From Chloroflexota bacterium (lineage in GTDB: Bacteria; Chloroflexota; Anaerolineae; UBA1429), in NCBI GenBank assembly GCA_012515695.1, contig JAAYXX010000322.1, positions 1 through 42,222 on the forward strand: DNA of 42,222 nt. Direction: 5' to 3'. The position numbers and the translations under genes were made by a program. The notes below the pieces were generated by a model. It made no database searches, was not told the origin of the DNA, and saw only the letters and a program-made list of their open reading frames with translations. Within the stretch, counting starts at the first letter, position 1. The number at the start of each line of letters is the position of its first letter. Shown here in pieces: positions 17,164 through 25,974 of this stretch.

Positions 17164-17751
17164 TTACGAGGCCGCCGCGCGCGTCAGAATGGCGCTGATG
17201 TCGCCTTCTAGCGTGTCAGTCTCCGAGGGTCGCTCGACGATGCGGCCTAACTCTTGCCCCTGCTCATCCAGCAGGATAATCGTCGGCACATACTCCACGC
17301 CCCACTGCTCCGTCTGGCCCTCTGCGTCCACCTTGGTGTAATCCAGCCCGATGAGCGTCAGGCGTTCTTCCGGTATGCCCGCCTGCTGGGCAATCTGCAG
17401 GAGGCGAGGAACCTCGCGCACGCTGTCGGGGCACCAGGTCCCCAAAAAGACCAACACCTGAAACTCTTGCGCCTGGCCGCGAATGACCTCCAACGCCGCC
17501 GCGTCAGGCGTGTACGCCTCTGCCATCGTCTCCGCCCATCCATCGTGCGTTTTTAGCGTGTCCGCCGTCAATTCGCCGGTCAGCGGGGTAGGTTTGGGCT
17601 GGGGTGTTGGCGTGGAGGCTGGCGTGAGCGCCGCGTTCGCCTCCTGATTGGCTGCGGGCTGTACCTGGCAACCCAACAGCAAGGTCGGAATAACCGTCAG
17701 TCCCAAAGCAAGCGCCAACTTGCCCAGCCACGCCCTGTTCCAGGTCTTCAT
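17164..17751 (-). CDS. TlpA/ResA-like thioredoxin-fold lipoprotein with WCPDS (CxxS) motif
   Basis: ORF trimmed to ATG 17751 (MKTWNRAWLGKLALALGLTVIPTLLLGCQ, lipobox LLGC). Thioredoxin-fold core VLVFLGTWCPDSVREVPRL...YVPTIILLDEQG. Confidence 0.75.
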   Translation of the reverse strand: MKTWNRAWLGKLALALGLTVIPTLLLGCQVQPAANQEANAALTPASTPTPQPKPTPLTGELTADTLKTHDGWAETMAEAYTPDAAALEVIRGQAQEFQVLVFLGTWCPDSVREVPRLLQIAQQAGIPEERLTLIGLDYTKVDAEGQTEQWGVEYVPTIILLDEQGQELGRIVERPSETDTLEGDISAILTRAAAS

Positions 17752-17798
17752 GCGATGTCGTCTCCTCAATTCCTATTATTTTGGTAGGTCATATAGGC

Positions 17799-17826
17799 AT
17801 AATACGCAATAGGCGGCTCCTGTCAA
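17799..17826 (-). promoter_or_regulatory. candidate promoter TTGACA-16-TATTAT for the tlpA-like/DUF1573 operon
   Basis: The minus strand reads ttgaca (rc of 17821-17826), a 16-nt spacer, then tattat (rc of 17799-17804), about 45 nt upstream of the ATG at 17751. Confidence 0.45.
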
Positions 17827-17857
17827 ACTGGGCTGCCTTGGCGTTCCGTGGAAGGTG

Positions 17858-17918
17858 ATTGGACCGCCGGCTTCCTTGGCGGCTTGATATTATGCCGGCT
17901 GGAAGCCGGCGGTCCAAT
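17858..17918. repeat. 61-nt palindromic repeat element (18-bp perfect terminal inverted repeat), family A copy 1
   Basis: attggaccgccggcttcc (17858-17875) pairs with ggaagccggcggtccaat (17901-17918). The core 17873-17915 recurs inverted at 28146-28188 (41/43 identical). Confidence 0.85.
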
Positions 17919-17940
17919 GATGCTGGCCCGCCTGGGCCAT

Positions 17941-17969
17941 TTGTATCCTGGCCGGGATCGTGCTATACT
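17941..17969 (+). promoter_or_regulatory. candidate promoter TTGTAT-17-TATACT of the B12 operon
   Basis: TTGTAT at 17941-17946 and TATACT at 17964-17969, about 20 nt upstream of the riboswitch P1 stem. Confidence 0.4.
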
Positions 17970-17987
17970 GCCGGGCAATTGAATATC

Positions 17988-18116
<129 letters not shown>

Positions 18117-18186
18117 CTCCATCACCTCGTGGAAAGGGGGAATAGAGCATGTACCTGAGCGCCGGTCCCTAGCGCCCTGGTTGGAC

Positions 18187-18220
18187 CCCTTGCTGAATGA
18201 GGCAAGGGTTTTTTGTTTTT
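18187..18220 (+). terminator. intrinsic terminator (riboswitch expression platform)
   Basis: cccttgc (18187-18193) / gcaaggg (18202-18208) followed by TTTTTTGTTTTT, about 40 nt before the btuF-like ATG. Confidence 0.7.
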
Positions 18221-18259
18221 GGATATGGGTTCATCAGGCCAACCAGGAGAGAATGACCG

Positions 18260-19270
18260 ATGAGAGAAAAACTTGATCGCTTGCCGATAGTTCTGCTGGC
18301 GATAGTCGCCTTGCTTCTGGCGGGCTGCTCCGCTCCCGCCGCCACGCCTACCCCGCCGCCACCAACGGCCACGTCCGCGCCGCCTACCGCCGAGCCAATT
18401 GCTACTGAAGCGGCCTCCGCTGATGCGGGCGATTTTCCGCTTACCATTACCGACAGCATGAACCGCACCGTGACGCTGGAACAAGTGCCAGAGCGCGTGA
18501 TTTCTCTGGCCCCGTCAATCACCGAAATCCTGTTCGCCGTCGGCGCGGGGGAGCAGGTTGTGGGCGTGACCAGCTTTTGCAACTACCCGGAGGAAGCCAC
18601 CACCCGTCAGGTGGTGGGGGGCTTTGATCCCAGCACCATCAGCGTCGAGCAGATCGTGGCCCTCGAGCCTGACTTGGTGTTCGTTGAGGACCACCTGCAG
18701 CAGCCAGTTATTGACGCGCTGGATCAGGTGGGCATCCCCGTAATGGCTGTGGCTGCTCGCACCGTGCCGGGAGTCTATGAGAATATTGTCCTCGTGGGGC
18801 AGGTCACGGGCCATGTCACAGAGGCCGAACAGGTCGCCACCAGCATGCGGGAGCGCATTGACGCCGTCGCGGCCCGCGTCGAGTCCATCCCCGTTGAGCA
18901 GCGCCCCACCGTCTTTTGGGAGATGTGGGACGAACCGCTGATGACCACTGGCCCCGAAACGTTCACCAGCCAGATCATCGAACTGGCGGGCGGGGTCAAC
19001 CTGTTTGCCGACGTGACCGAAAATTACCCTCAGGTAAGCATGGAAGAGGTGGTCCAGCGCAACCCTGCCGCAATCATGGCTTCTGATTCGATGGGGGAAA
19101 AGCTGACCGTCGAACAGATCTCGCAGCGTCCCGGCTGGGCCGAGATCGACGCCGTGCGCGACGAGCGCATCTATCTGCTCAACGGCGATATTTCGTCTCG
19201 CGCCGGGCCTCGGCTGGCCGATGCGGTAGAAGCTGCCGCCCGCGCGCTGTACCCGGATCTGTTTGAGTAG
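18260..19270 (+). CDS. btuF: periplasmic-binding-protein (FecB/BtuF class) lipoprotein, probable corrinoid-binding component
   Basis: Lipoprotein signal LLAIVALLLAGCS and a Pro/Thr/Ala linker. Class III SBP pattern (RVISLAPSITEILFAVGA...VVGVT). First gene after the B12 riboswitch. Confidence 0.75.
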   Translation: MREKLDRLPIVLLAIVALLLAGCSAPAATPTPPPPTATSAPPTAEPIATEAASADAGDFPLTITDSMNRTVTLEQVPERVISLAPSITEILFAVGAGEQVVGVTSFCNYPEEATTRQVVGGFDPSTISVEQIVALEPDLVFVEDHLQQPVIDALDQVGIPVMAVAARTVPGVYENIVLVGQVTGHVTEAEQVATSMRERIDAVAARVESIPVEQRPTVFWEMWDEPLMTTGPETFTSQIIELAGGVNLFADVTENYPQVSMEEVVQRNPAAIMASDSMGEKLTVEQISQRPGWAEIDAVRDERIYLLNGDISSRAGPRLADAVEAAARALYPDLFE

Positions 19271-19361
19271 ACCCTACTGTTTTAATGAACGCGCAACGCA
19301 ACCACGGGGATGGGGGCCATGCGCGCCCCCACCCCCTGATCGAATTGAGGGATAGAGCGTA

Positions 19362-20456
19362 ATGGAACAATCGCGTACAGGCCGCCAGTTCAAGACCGCC
19401 GGTTCGAAAACCGCGCGCGCCCGTTCGCGTGCGCCGATGAGCACCCGCAAGTGCGTGCTGATCCTGCTGGCGCTGACCGGCGTGCTGGCGCTGGGCGCTA
19501 TCCTAAGCCTTGGCGTGGGGGCCGTCCACCTGGAGCCGGGCCGGGTGTGGGCCGCGCTCTTGGGGCGGAATGACCCGACGGTGAGCAGCATGGACGTGGC
19601 AATCGTCTGGGATTTGCGGCTGGCGCGCATCTTGTTGGGCATCCTGATCGGCGGGGGGTTGGCCGCCTCTGGGGCCGCCTTCCAGGGGCTATTCCGCAAC
19701 CCGCTGGCCGACCCGTTCATCGTGGGAGCTTCGGGCGGGGCGGCGCTGGGCGCGACCCTGGCTATCACGCTGGGTCTGCAATGGAGCGGGGCGGGCTTTG
19801 GGCCGGTGCCGTTGGCCGCTTTTGTGGGCGCGCTGATCGCCGTCGCGCTGGCCTACAGCGTTGCCGCGGCGGGAAGCAGCACGCCGGTGGTGGCCCTGCT
19901 GCTGGCCGGGTCGGCTCTCAGTACCTTCTTTTCCGCCATCGTCTCCCTGTTGATGACCCTCAGCGACCGCAATCTGCAAGAGACTTACTTCTGGCTGCTA
20001 GGCGGCTTGGGGGGGCGAAGCTGGGGCCATCTGGGGGCTAGCTGGCCCTATCTGTTGTTCGGCTCGCTGGGGCTATGGCTGTGCGCCCGCCCGTTGGACG
20101 CGCTGGCCTGCGGCGAAGAGACTGCCCAAACCCTGGGGCTGTCGGTGCGTCGCGCCCGGCTGCTGATCGTGGTTTTGGCGACGCTGACTACGGCGGCGGC
20201 GGTGGCTACCAGCGGGATTATCGGGTTCGTCGGGCTGATCGCCCCGCACATCGCCCGGCTGTTCTTTGGCTCGTCTCACGCCCGGCTGATACCGGCCAGC
20301 ATGTTGGTGGGCGGCCTGCTGATGCTTCTGGCCGATGGGGTTGCCCGCACAGTGTTGGCTCCTATCGAACTGCCGGTGGGCGTCGTCACGTCGGTGTTGG
20401 GCGGGCCGTTTTTCCTGTACCTGTTGAAAGCACGCCAGAGGGAATTGGGAGGCTGA
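19362..20456 (+). CDS. btuC: FecCD-family ABC permease (corrinoid/siderophore type)
   Basis: 364 aa, about 10 TM. Typical RLARILLGILIGGGLAASGAAFQGLFRNPLADPFIVG motif. Start ambiguous (ATG 19362 with GAGGGA SD, or ATG 19437). Stop TGA overlaps the next ATG. Confidence 0.8.
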   Translation: MEQSRTGRQFKTAGSKTARARSRAPMSTRKCVLILLALTGVLALGAILSLGVGAVHLEPGRVWAALLGRNDPTVSSMDVAIVWDLRLARILLGILIGGGLAASGAAFQGLFRNPLADPFIVGASGGAALGATLAITLGLQWSGAGFGPVPLAAFVGALIAVALAYSVAAAGSSTPVVALLLAGSALSTFFSAIVSLLMTLSDRNLQETYFWLLGGLGGRSWGHLGASWPYLLFGSLGLWLCARPLDALACGEETAQTLGLSVRRARLLIVVLATLTTAAAVATSGIIGFVGLIAPHIARLFFGSSHARLIPASMLVGGLLMLLADGVARTVLAPIELPVGVVTSVLGGPFFLYLLKARQRELGG

Positions 20457-21325
20457 TGATGAAAACCCTCCAGGGAGAGCGGATCAGCGCCGCATATGAC
20501 GGGCATCTGGTCATCGAACAGCTCTCGATTGCAGGCAACGCGGGGGAAGTGTTGGGGCTGATTGGCCCCAACGGCGTGGGCAAAACCACACTGCTGCGCG
20601 TGTTGGGCCGGTTGTTCGCCCCTCGCGAGGGGCAGGTGTTGCTGGGCGACCAGGACTTGTGGGAGATGCCGTCCAAGCAAGTGGCCCGCACGTTGTCGCT
20701 GACCCCCCAGGCCAACCCCAATTGGCCCCTCACCGTTGAGCAGGTCGTGGCACTGGGGCGCGCCCCGCATCGGGGCTGGTTGCTGCCCCTTTCGGCCAAA
20801 GACAAGGCGGCCATTGAGCAGGCGTTGGCCCGCACCGGCCTGCTGCCGCTGCGCGAGCGCCTGTTGACCGAGCTTTCCGGCGGCGAACAGCGCCGCGTGT
20901 TGCTGGCCCGCTCCCTGTGCCAGGAGCCGGAAGTGCTGCTGCTGGACGAGCCGACCGCCTATCTGGACTTGAAATATCAGATGGACATCCTCGACCTGGT
21001 GCGACGATTGGCCCATGACGACGGCCTGACGGTAATCGTCACCATGCACGATCTGAACCAGGCTGCCCTGTATGCGGATCGGCTGGCGCTGTTGGCCGAA
21101 GGGCGCTTGTTGGCCGTCGGCGCGCCCCAAGACGTGCTCACCCCGGCCAACATCAGTCAGGCGTATGGCGTGCCGGTGGTTGTTACCCGCCATCCGGTCT
21201 ATGACACCCCGTTAATCACGCCATTGATGGGCGGCGATGTGCCCGCGCAGGATCGGCGAACGCTTCAGAGCAACCCATCCACCTGGGAAGAGGAGCAACC
21301 ATGCCACGACAGACCAGGGGCCTGA
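20456..21325 (+). CDS. btuD: ABC transporter ATP-binding protein (FecE/BtuD type)
   Basis: ORF 20075..21325 trimmed to the ATG at 20456 (MMKTLQGER...), overlapping the btuC stop (ATGA). Walker A GPNGVGKTT, signature LSGGEQRR, Walker B LLLDEPT, H-loop TMHD. Confidence 0.8.
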   Translation: MMKTLQGERISAAYDGHLVIEQLSIAGNAGEVLGLIGPNGVGKTTLLRVLGRLFAPREGQVLLGDQDLWEMPSKQVARTLSLTPQANPNWPLTVEQVVALGRAPHRGWLLPLSAKDKAAIEQALARTGLLPLRERLLTELSGGEQRRVLLARSLCQEPEVLLLDEPTAYLDLKYQMDILDLVRRLAHDDGLTVIVTMHDLNQAALYADRLALLAEGRLLAVGAPQDVLTPANISQAYGVPVVVTRHPVYDTPLITPLMGGDVPAQDRRTLQSNPSTWEEEQPCHDRPGA

Positions 21326-21831
21326 CCATCGTGCACACGGGTAACGGCAAGGGCAAGACCACAGCGGCGCTGGGGATGCTGTTCCGCGCCTGGGGCCACG
21401 ACCAGCGCTTGTGCGTGATCCAGTTTATCAAGAGCGAAAAGGGGCGCTGGGGCGAGACCATCGCCGCCGAACGGCTGGGCATCGAGTGGCACACGCTGGG
21501 CGAGGGCTTTGTCTGGAACCCCGACGACATGGGGCCAGCCATCCTCAAGGCGCGGGAAGGTTGGGCGCTGGCGCAAGAGCGAATTGCCAGCGGCGCCTAT
21601 GACCTGATCCTGCTGGATGAATTCACTTATTTGTTGAAATTCGGCTGGCTGGACACAAAAGCTGTGTTGGACTGGCTGCGCGCACACAAACCCGCCGCGC
21701 TTCACCTGATTATCACCGGTCGAGATGCCCCGCCCGCGCTGATCGAGTACGCCGATCTGGTCACCGTGATGGAGAACGTCAAGCACCCCTACGAGCAGGG
21801 CGTTCGCGCTCAGCCGGGGATCGAGTTTTAG
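21301..21831 (+). CDS. cobO: cob(I)yrinic acid a,c-diamide adenosyltransferase (CobA/CobO/BtuR)
   Basis: 176 aa. VHTGNGKGKTTAALG P-loop and LLDEFTY...ITGR pattern typical of the BtuR/CobO family. Confidence 0.85.
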   Translation: MPRQTRGLTIVHTGNGKGKTTAALGMLFRAWGHDQRLCVIQFIKSEKGRWGETIAAERLGIEWHTLGEGFVWNPDDMGPAILKAREGWALAQERIASGAYDLILLDEFTYLLKFGWLDTKAVLDWLRAHKPAALHLIITGRDAPPALIEYADLVTVMENVKHPYEQGVRAQPGIEF

Positions 21832-21847
21832 GGGGCGAGCGACGATC

Positions 21848-23242
21848 ATGCAGGCTACCCCCGCGCGCATCCCTCGGCTGCTCATCGCCGGAACGCATTC
21901 CGGCGTGGGCAAGACCACCCTCACGGCGGGCTTGATCGCCGCCCTGTGCCGCGTAGGCCTGGCCGTGCAGCCGTTCAAGGTCGGCCCGGATTATATTGAT
22001 CCCAGCTACCATACGCTGGCCGCCGGGCGGGTCTGCCGCAACCTGGACACCTGGATGATACCGCCGGAGCGAGTGACTGCGCTTTTCGGGCATGCCGCAA
22101 GTGGCGCGGACCTGGCCGTCATCGAGGGGGTCATGGGGCTGTACGACGGATTCGGCTACCGGAACGAGGCAGGCAGTACGGCAGAGGTCGCCAAACTGCT
22201 GGGCGCGCCGGTGGTGCTGATACTGGATGCCGGGTGCATGGCCCGCAGCGCCGGGGCGGTGGCCCTGGGCTATCAGCAGTTCGACCCGCAGTTGCCGCTG
22301 GCGGGGTTCCTGGTTAATCGGGTGGCGGGCGAATCCCACGGCCAGGGAGTGGCCGCGGCCATCGAGCAGGCCACGGGGCTGCCGGTGCTGGGGTGGATTC
22401 CCCGCGAAACTGGCCTGGTCGTCCCCGAACGCCACCTGGGGCTGGTGCCCACCGCCGAGCCGGGCAAATGGCGGGCCTTTATCGAGGCTGCCGCCGATCT
22501 CGTCGCCCGGCAGGTAGACCTGGTGCGGCTGCAAGCTCTGGCCGACCAGGCTCCGCCGTTGATCAGCGCGCCGCTCGCACCCGCACCTGTCCCGCAAGGG
22601 GCCTATCGCTCGCGCATTGCTGTGGCCCGCGACGAGGCGTTCAGCTTTACTTACGCGGACAATCTGGACTTGTTACGGGCGGCAGGGGGCGAGATTGTCT
22701 TTTTCAGCCCGCTGCACGATGAGGCGCTGCCCCCGCATACGGCGGGGGTCATCCTGAGCGGCGGCTTCCCGGAGCTATATGCCGCGCAGTTGGCCGCCAA
22801 CGAAGGAATGCGCGAATCGCTGCGCCAGGCGCACGCCGACGGATTGCCCATCTATGCGGAATGCGGCGGGCTGATGGTGCTGACCGAGGCCGTTGTAGAC
22901 CTGGATGGGCGCACGCATCCCATGGTGGGGCTGTTGCCGGGGCGCTGCATCATGACGCCCCGCCTGACGATGGGCTATCGCGTGGCCCAGGCCGCCTGCG
23001 ATTCCCTGCTGCTGCGGCAGGGGGAAACCGTGCGTACCCACGAGTTCCACTATTCAGCGTGGGAAGGCCGCCCGCCCGACCTGCCCCCCGCCTATTACCT
23101 GCGCGCGATAGAAGGGCAGGAGCCGCAGCCGGAGGGCGCTTGCATTGGCAATCTGTTGGCCTCTTACGCGCACGTGCATCTGGCTGCCAGGCCGGAGCTG
23201 GCTCCGCGCTTTGTGGCGGCGTGCGCTCAGGCGGCTCTTTGA
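21848..23242 (+). CDS. cbiA: cobyrinate a,c-diamide synthase (CbiA/CobB)
   Basis: 464 aa. GTHSGVGKTT, PFKVGPDYIDPSYH, and a C-terminal glutamine amidotransferase segment with YAECGGLMVL. Confidence 0.85.
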   Translation: MQATPARIPRLLIAGTHSGVGKTTLTAGLIAALCRVGLAVQPFKVGPDYIDPSYHTLAAGRVCRNLDTWMIPPERVTALFGHAASGADLAVIEGVMGLYDGFGYRNEAGSTAEVAKLLGAPVVLILDAGCMARSAGAVALGYQQFDPQLPLAGFLVNRVAGESHGQGVAAAIEQATGLPVLGWIPRETGLVVPERHLGLVPTAEPGKWRAFIEAAADLVARQVDLVRLQALADQAPPLISAPLAPAPVPQGAYRSRIAVARDEAFSFTYADNLDLLRAAGGEIVFFSPLHDEALPPHTAGVILSGGFPELYAAQLAANEGMRESLRQAHADGLPIYAECGGLMVLTEAVVDLDGRTHPMVGLLPGRCIMTPRLTMGYRVAQAACDSLLLRQGETVRTHEFHYSAWEGRPPDLPPAYYLRAIEGQEPQPEGACIGNLLASYAHVHLAARPELAPRFVAACAQAAL

Positions 23243-23283
23243 TTCGAAGCAACACATCATTCATCACAACTTGGAGGAGAATC

Positions 23284-24342
23284 ATGGATCATCGTCTGCA
23301 AGCTATTCTGGATCGCATTCAGCCCCTCGACGCAGCAGCCCAGGAGCAGGCCCGCGCCCGGCAGGACATGCTCACCAAGCCGCGTGGCAGCATGGGCCGC
23401 CTGGAAGACCTGTCCATCCAATTGGCCGGGATTTTCGGCCAACCCCTGCCCACCATTCGAAACAAGGTAGTTGTCACAATGGCCGGGGACCACGGAGTTG
23501 TGGCCGAAGGCGTCAGCGCCTATCCGCAAGAAGTTACGCCGCAAATGGTGTATAATTTCCTGCGCGGGGGCGCGGCCATCAACGTGCTGGCCCGTCACGT
23601 GGGGGCGCGGGTGGTGGTGGTAGACGTGGGCGTGGCCGCCGACCTGGAGCCACACCCCGACTTGATCATCAAAAAGGTGGCCTACGGCACGGAGAATATC
23701 GCGCGCGGCCCGGCCATGACCCAGGAGCAGGCCGTGCAGGCGTTGCTGGCCGGGGTGGAAGTGGTCGAGCAGCTTGTGGACAGCGGCCTGGATATTGTCG
23801 GCACTGGCGATATGGGCATCGCCAACACCACGCCCTCTGCGGCCATTGCCAGGGCGATGACAGGCCATTCCGCCGCCGATCTGGCAGGGCGCGGCACTGG
23901 CGTGGATGACGCCGGGCTGTCCCGCAAAATCGCCGTCATCGAGCAGGCTGTGGCGGTCAACCGTCCCGACCCGCAGAACGCCCTGGACGTATTAGCCAAG
24001 GTGGGCGGGTACGAGATCGCGGGCATCGCCGGGGTAATTCTGGGCGCGGCGGCGCATCATCGCCCGGCGGTGATTGACGGGTTTATCTCCACTGCGGCGG
24101 CTCTGATCGCCGTGGGGCTGGCCCCTCAGGTGCGCCCTTACCTGATTGCCGCCCACTGCTCGCAGGAAAAGGGACACCGGATTATGCTGGAATGGATGGG
24201 TCTGAAACCCCTGCTCGACCTGGACATGCGCGTAGGAGAGGGCACAGGCGCGGTGCTGGGTCTCTCGCTCGCCGAGGCTGCCTGCAAGATTCTGTGCGAG
24301 ATGGCGACCTTTGGCGAGGCGGGCGTTTCCGATAAGGAGTGA
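23284..24342 (+). CDS. cobT: nicotinate-nucleotide--dimethylbenzimidazole phosphoribosyltransferase
   Basis: ORF 22861..24342 trimmed to ATG 23284 (after GGAGGAG). MDHRLQAILDRIQPLD..., KPRGSMGRLEDL, GDMGIANTT, RVGEGTGA. Confidence 0.85.
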   Translation: MDHRLQAILDRIQPLDAAAQEQARARQDMLTKPRGSMGRLEDLSIQLAGIFGQPLPTIRNKVVVTMAGDHGVVAEGVSAYPQEVTPQMVYNFLRGGAAINVLARHVGARVVVVDVGVAADLEPHPDLIIKKVAYGTENIARGPAMTQEQAVQALLAGVEVVEQLVDSGLDIVGTGDMGIANTTPSAAIARAMTGHSAADLAGRGTGVDDAGLSRKIAVIEQAVAVNRPDPQNALDVLAKVGGYEIAGIAGVILGAAAHHRPAVIDGFISTAAALIAVGLAPQVRPYLIAAHCSQEKGHRIMLEWMGLKPLLDLDMRVGEGTGAVLGLSLAEAACKILCEMATFGEAGVSDKE

Positions 24343-25148
24343 CCTTGACACACCAAGATTCCCAAGAAGCAACAGACGACGACCGCGGCAGCTGGCTGCG
24401 CCTGCAACCTGTGGCGTTTGTGGCTGCCCTGCAATTCCTGACCCTGGTTCCGCCGCTCATCCGCCGGATGTTTACCTCCCGCGAGATGGGTGCCGCCGTG
24501 GGGTACTTTCCGGCAGCCGGGCTGGTGATTGGCCTGGCGTTGGCCGCGCTCAACTGGGGGCTGGGGATGCTGTTCCCCGGCAGCATTGTGGCGGGGCTGC
24601 TGCTGGTAAGCTGGCTGATAATCACCGGCGCGCTGCACTTGGACGGTTTTCTCGATAGCTGCGACGGTCTGCTGGGCGGCTTTACGCCGGAGAGCCGTAT
24701 GCGGATTATGCGCGACGAGAGCGTGGGGTCTTTTGCGCTGGCGGGCGGCGTGATGTTGCTGCTGCTGAAATATGCCGCACTGGCGGCGCTGGTGCAACGC
24801 GGCCCGGCGCTGGTGGTGGCGGCCATGTTGGGGCGCTGGGGGATGGCCCTGTCCGTCAAGGGATTCCCCTACGCCCGGCTGGAAGGCGTGGGCCGCACGC
24901 TGAAGGATAACGTCGGCTGGCGGCAGATCGTTCTCGCTACGGGGATCGCGCTGCTGGCGGCGCTGCTGGTCGTTGGCTGGAAGGGGATCATCCTGCTGGT
25001 ATTGGCCGGGCTGGCCGTCTGGGCTATCGCTCGCTTTACCATGCACAAAATCCCCGGCCTGACAGGTGATATCTATGGCGCGACGTGCGAGTTGGTCGAG
25101 TTGATCGTCCTGCTGGCGCTGGTGGCGCTGGAAAGGGGCGTGGGATGA
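24339..25148 (+). CDS. cobS: adenosylcobinamide-GDP ribazoletransferase (cobalamin synthase)
   Basis: GTG start overlaps the cobT stop (GTGA). LQFLTLVP and HLDGFLDSCDG motifs. Polytopic membrane protein. Confidence 0.8.
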   Translation: MTLTHQDSQEATDDDRGSWLRLQPVAFVAALQFLTLVPPLIRRMFTSREMGAAVGYFPAAGLVIGLALAALNWGLGMLFPGSIVAGLLLVSWLIITGALHLDGFLDSCDGLLGGFTPESRMRIMRDESVGSFALAGGVMLLLLKYAALAALVQRGPALVVAAMLGRWGMALSVKGFPYARLEGVGRTLKDNVGWRQIVLATGIALLAALLVVGWKGIILLVLAGLAVWAIARFTMHKIPGLTGDIYGATCELVELIVLLALVALERGVG

Positions 25149-25174
25149 TAGCGACCGGGCGACCCGCGTACTAT

Positions 25175-25325
25175 CCCTCACCCCCCGACCGTTGGTCGGC
25201 TCCCTCTCCCAAAGGGAGAGGGAGTGTTTCGGGCAGGCAGGGCGGCGCTGGCTTTTCCCCCCTCTCCAGGCTTGGAGAGGGGAGTGAGACGCCGCAGGCG
25301 TTCAGGCCCGCGCCAGCATGGCGCG
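25175..25325. repeat. REP-like hairpin cluster inside the cob operon (family B: CCCTCACCCC...CTCCCTCTCCC-AAA-GGGAGAGGGAG)
   Basis: Perfect 11-bp hairpin 25200-25224, 9-bp hairpin cccctctcc/ggagagggg 25259-25282, and cgcgcc-agcat-ggcgcg about 25309-25325. The unit 25175-25224 recurs inverted at 28344-28393. Confidence 0.8.
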
Positions 25326-25356
25326 CCTACTTTCTCCCCCAAGAAGAGGGCTTGCC

Positions 25357-25974
25357 ATGACCCGCTTGTTGTTGGTGCGCCACGGGGAGACGGTCTGGAA
25401 CGCAGCCCGGCGTTTCCAGGGTGTGACCGACGTGCCGCTATCTGAGCGGGGACGGGCACAGGCGGCGGCGCTGGCCGGGCGACTGGTGGGCGAGCCGTTG
25501 CACGCCATCCTCGCCAGCGACTTGCGGCGCGCCTATGATACGGCGGCCCTCATCGCCGAGCGCCAGCCGCAAGGGGTGACGCCAGAGCCGCGCCTGCGCG
25601 AAATCGGGTTCGGCGACTGGGAGGGAATGACCTACGCGGAAATCGAGCAGCGCGACCCGGACACGCTGGCCCGTTGGGTTGCCGACTGCTGGCAGGTTAC
25701 GCCGAACGGCGGGGAGCCGTTCGGCGCGTTCATCGCCCGCGTGCGCGCCCTGCTAGAGGACCTGCGCGCTCGCCGCGACGAGGAAACCGTGTTGCTGGTG
25801 GCCCACGGCGGCCCGTTACAGGTGTTGCTCTGTCTGGCGCTGGGGCTGGAACCACGGGCGCGCTGGCAATTCCGGCTCGATCCCGCGTCATTATCCGAGT
25901 TGTACCTCTATCAGGAGGGGGCCATCCTCACCCTGCTGAACGACCAACATCATCTGAAGGAAGTAGCCACATGA
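25357..25974 (+). CDS. cobC: alpha-ribazole phosphatase (histidine phosphatase family)
   Basis: ORF trimmed to ATG 25357 (MTRLLLVRHGETVWN). RHG catalytic motif and later VAHGGPL. Function inferred from cob operon context. Confidence 0.75.
   Translation: MTRLLLVRHGETVWNAARRFQGVTDVPLSERGRAQAAALAGRLVGEPLHAILASDLRRAYDTAALIAERQPQGVTPEPRLREIGFGDWEGMTYAEIEQRDPDTLARWVADCWQVTPNGGEPFGAFIARVRALLEDLRARRDEETVLLVAHGGPLQVLLCLALGLEPRARWQFRLDPASLSELYLYQEGAILTLLNDQHHLKEVAT

Noticed and set aside
22861-23283. Long N-terminal extensions of the cobT ORF, and similarly cobQ from 25674, btuD from 20075, cobU from 27284, the mannosidase from 8571, parB-like to 6252 and the membrane protein to 4006
   Set aside because: The extensions overlap the preceding well-supported gene in another frame and are low-complexity. 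Internal ATG/GTG starts with SD sequences or ATGA/GTGA coupling give proteins with canonical N-termini.
24138-25181. 347-aa ORF antisense to cobS
   Set aside because: Shadow ORF with Gln/Arg/Pro-rich composition. The sense frame has cobS motifs and operon coupling.
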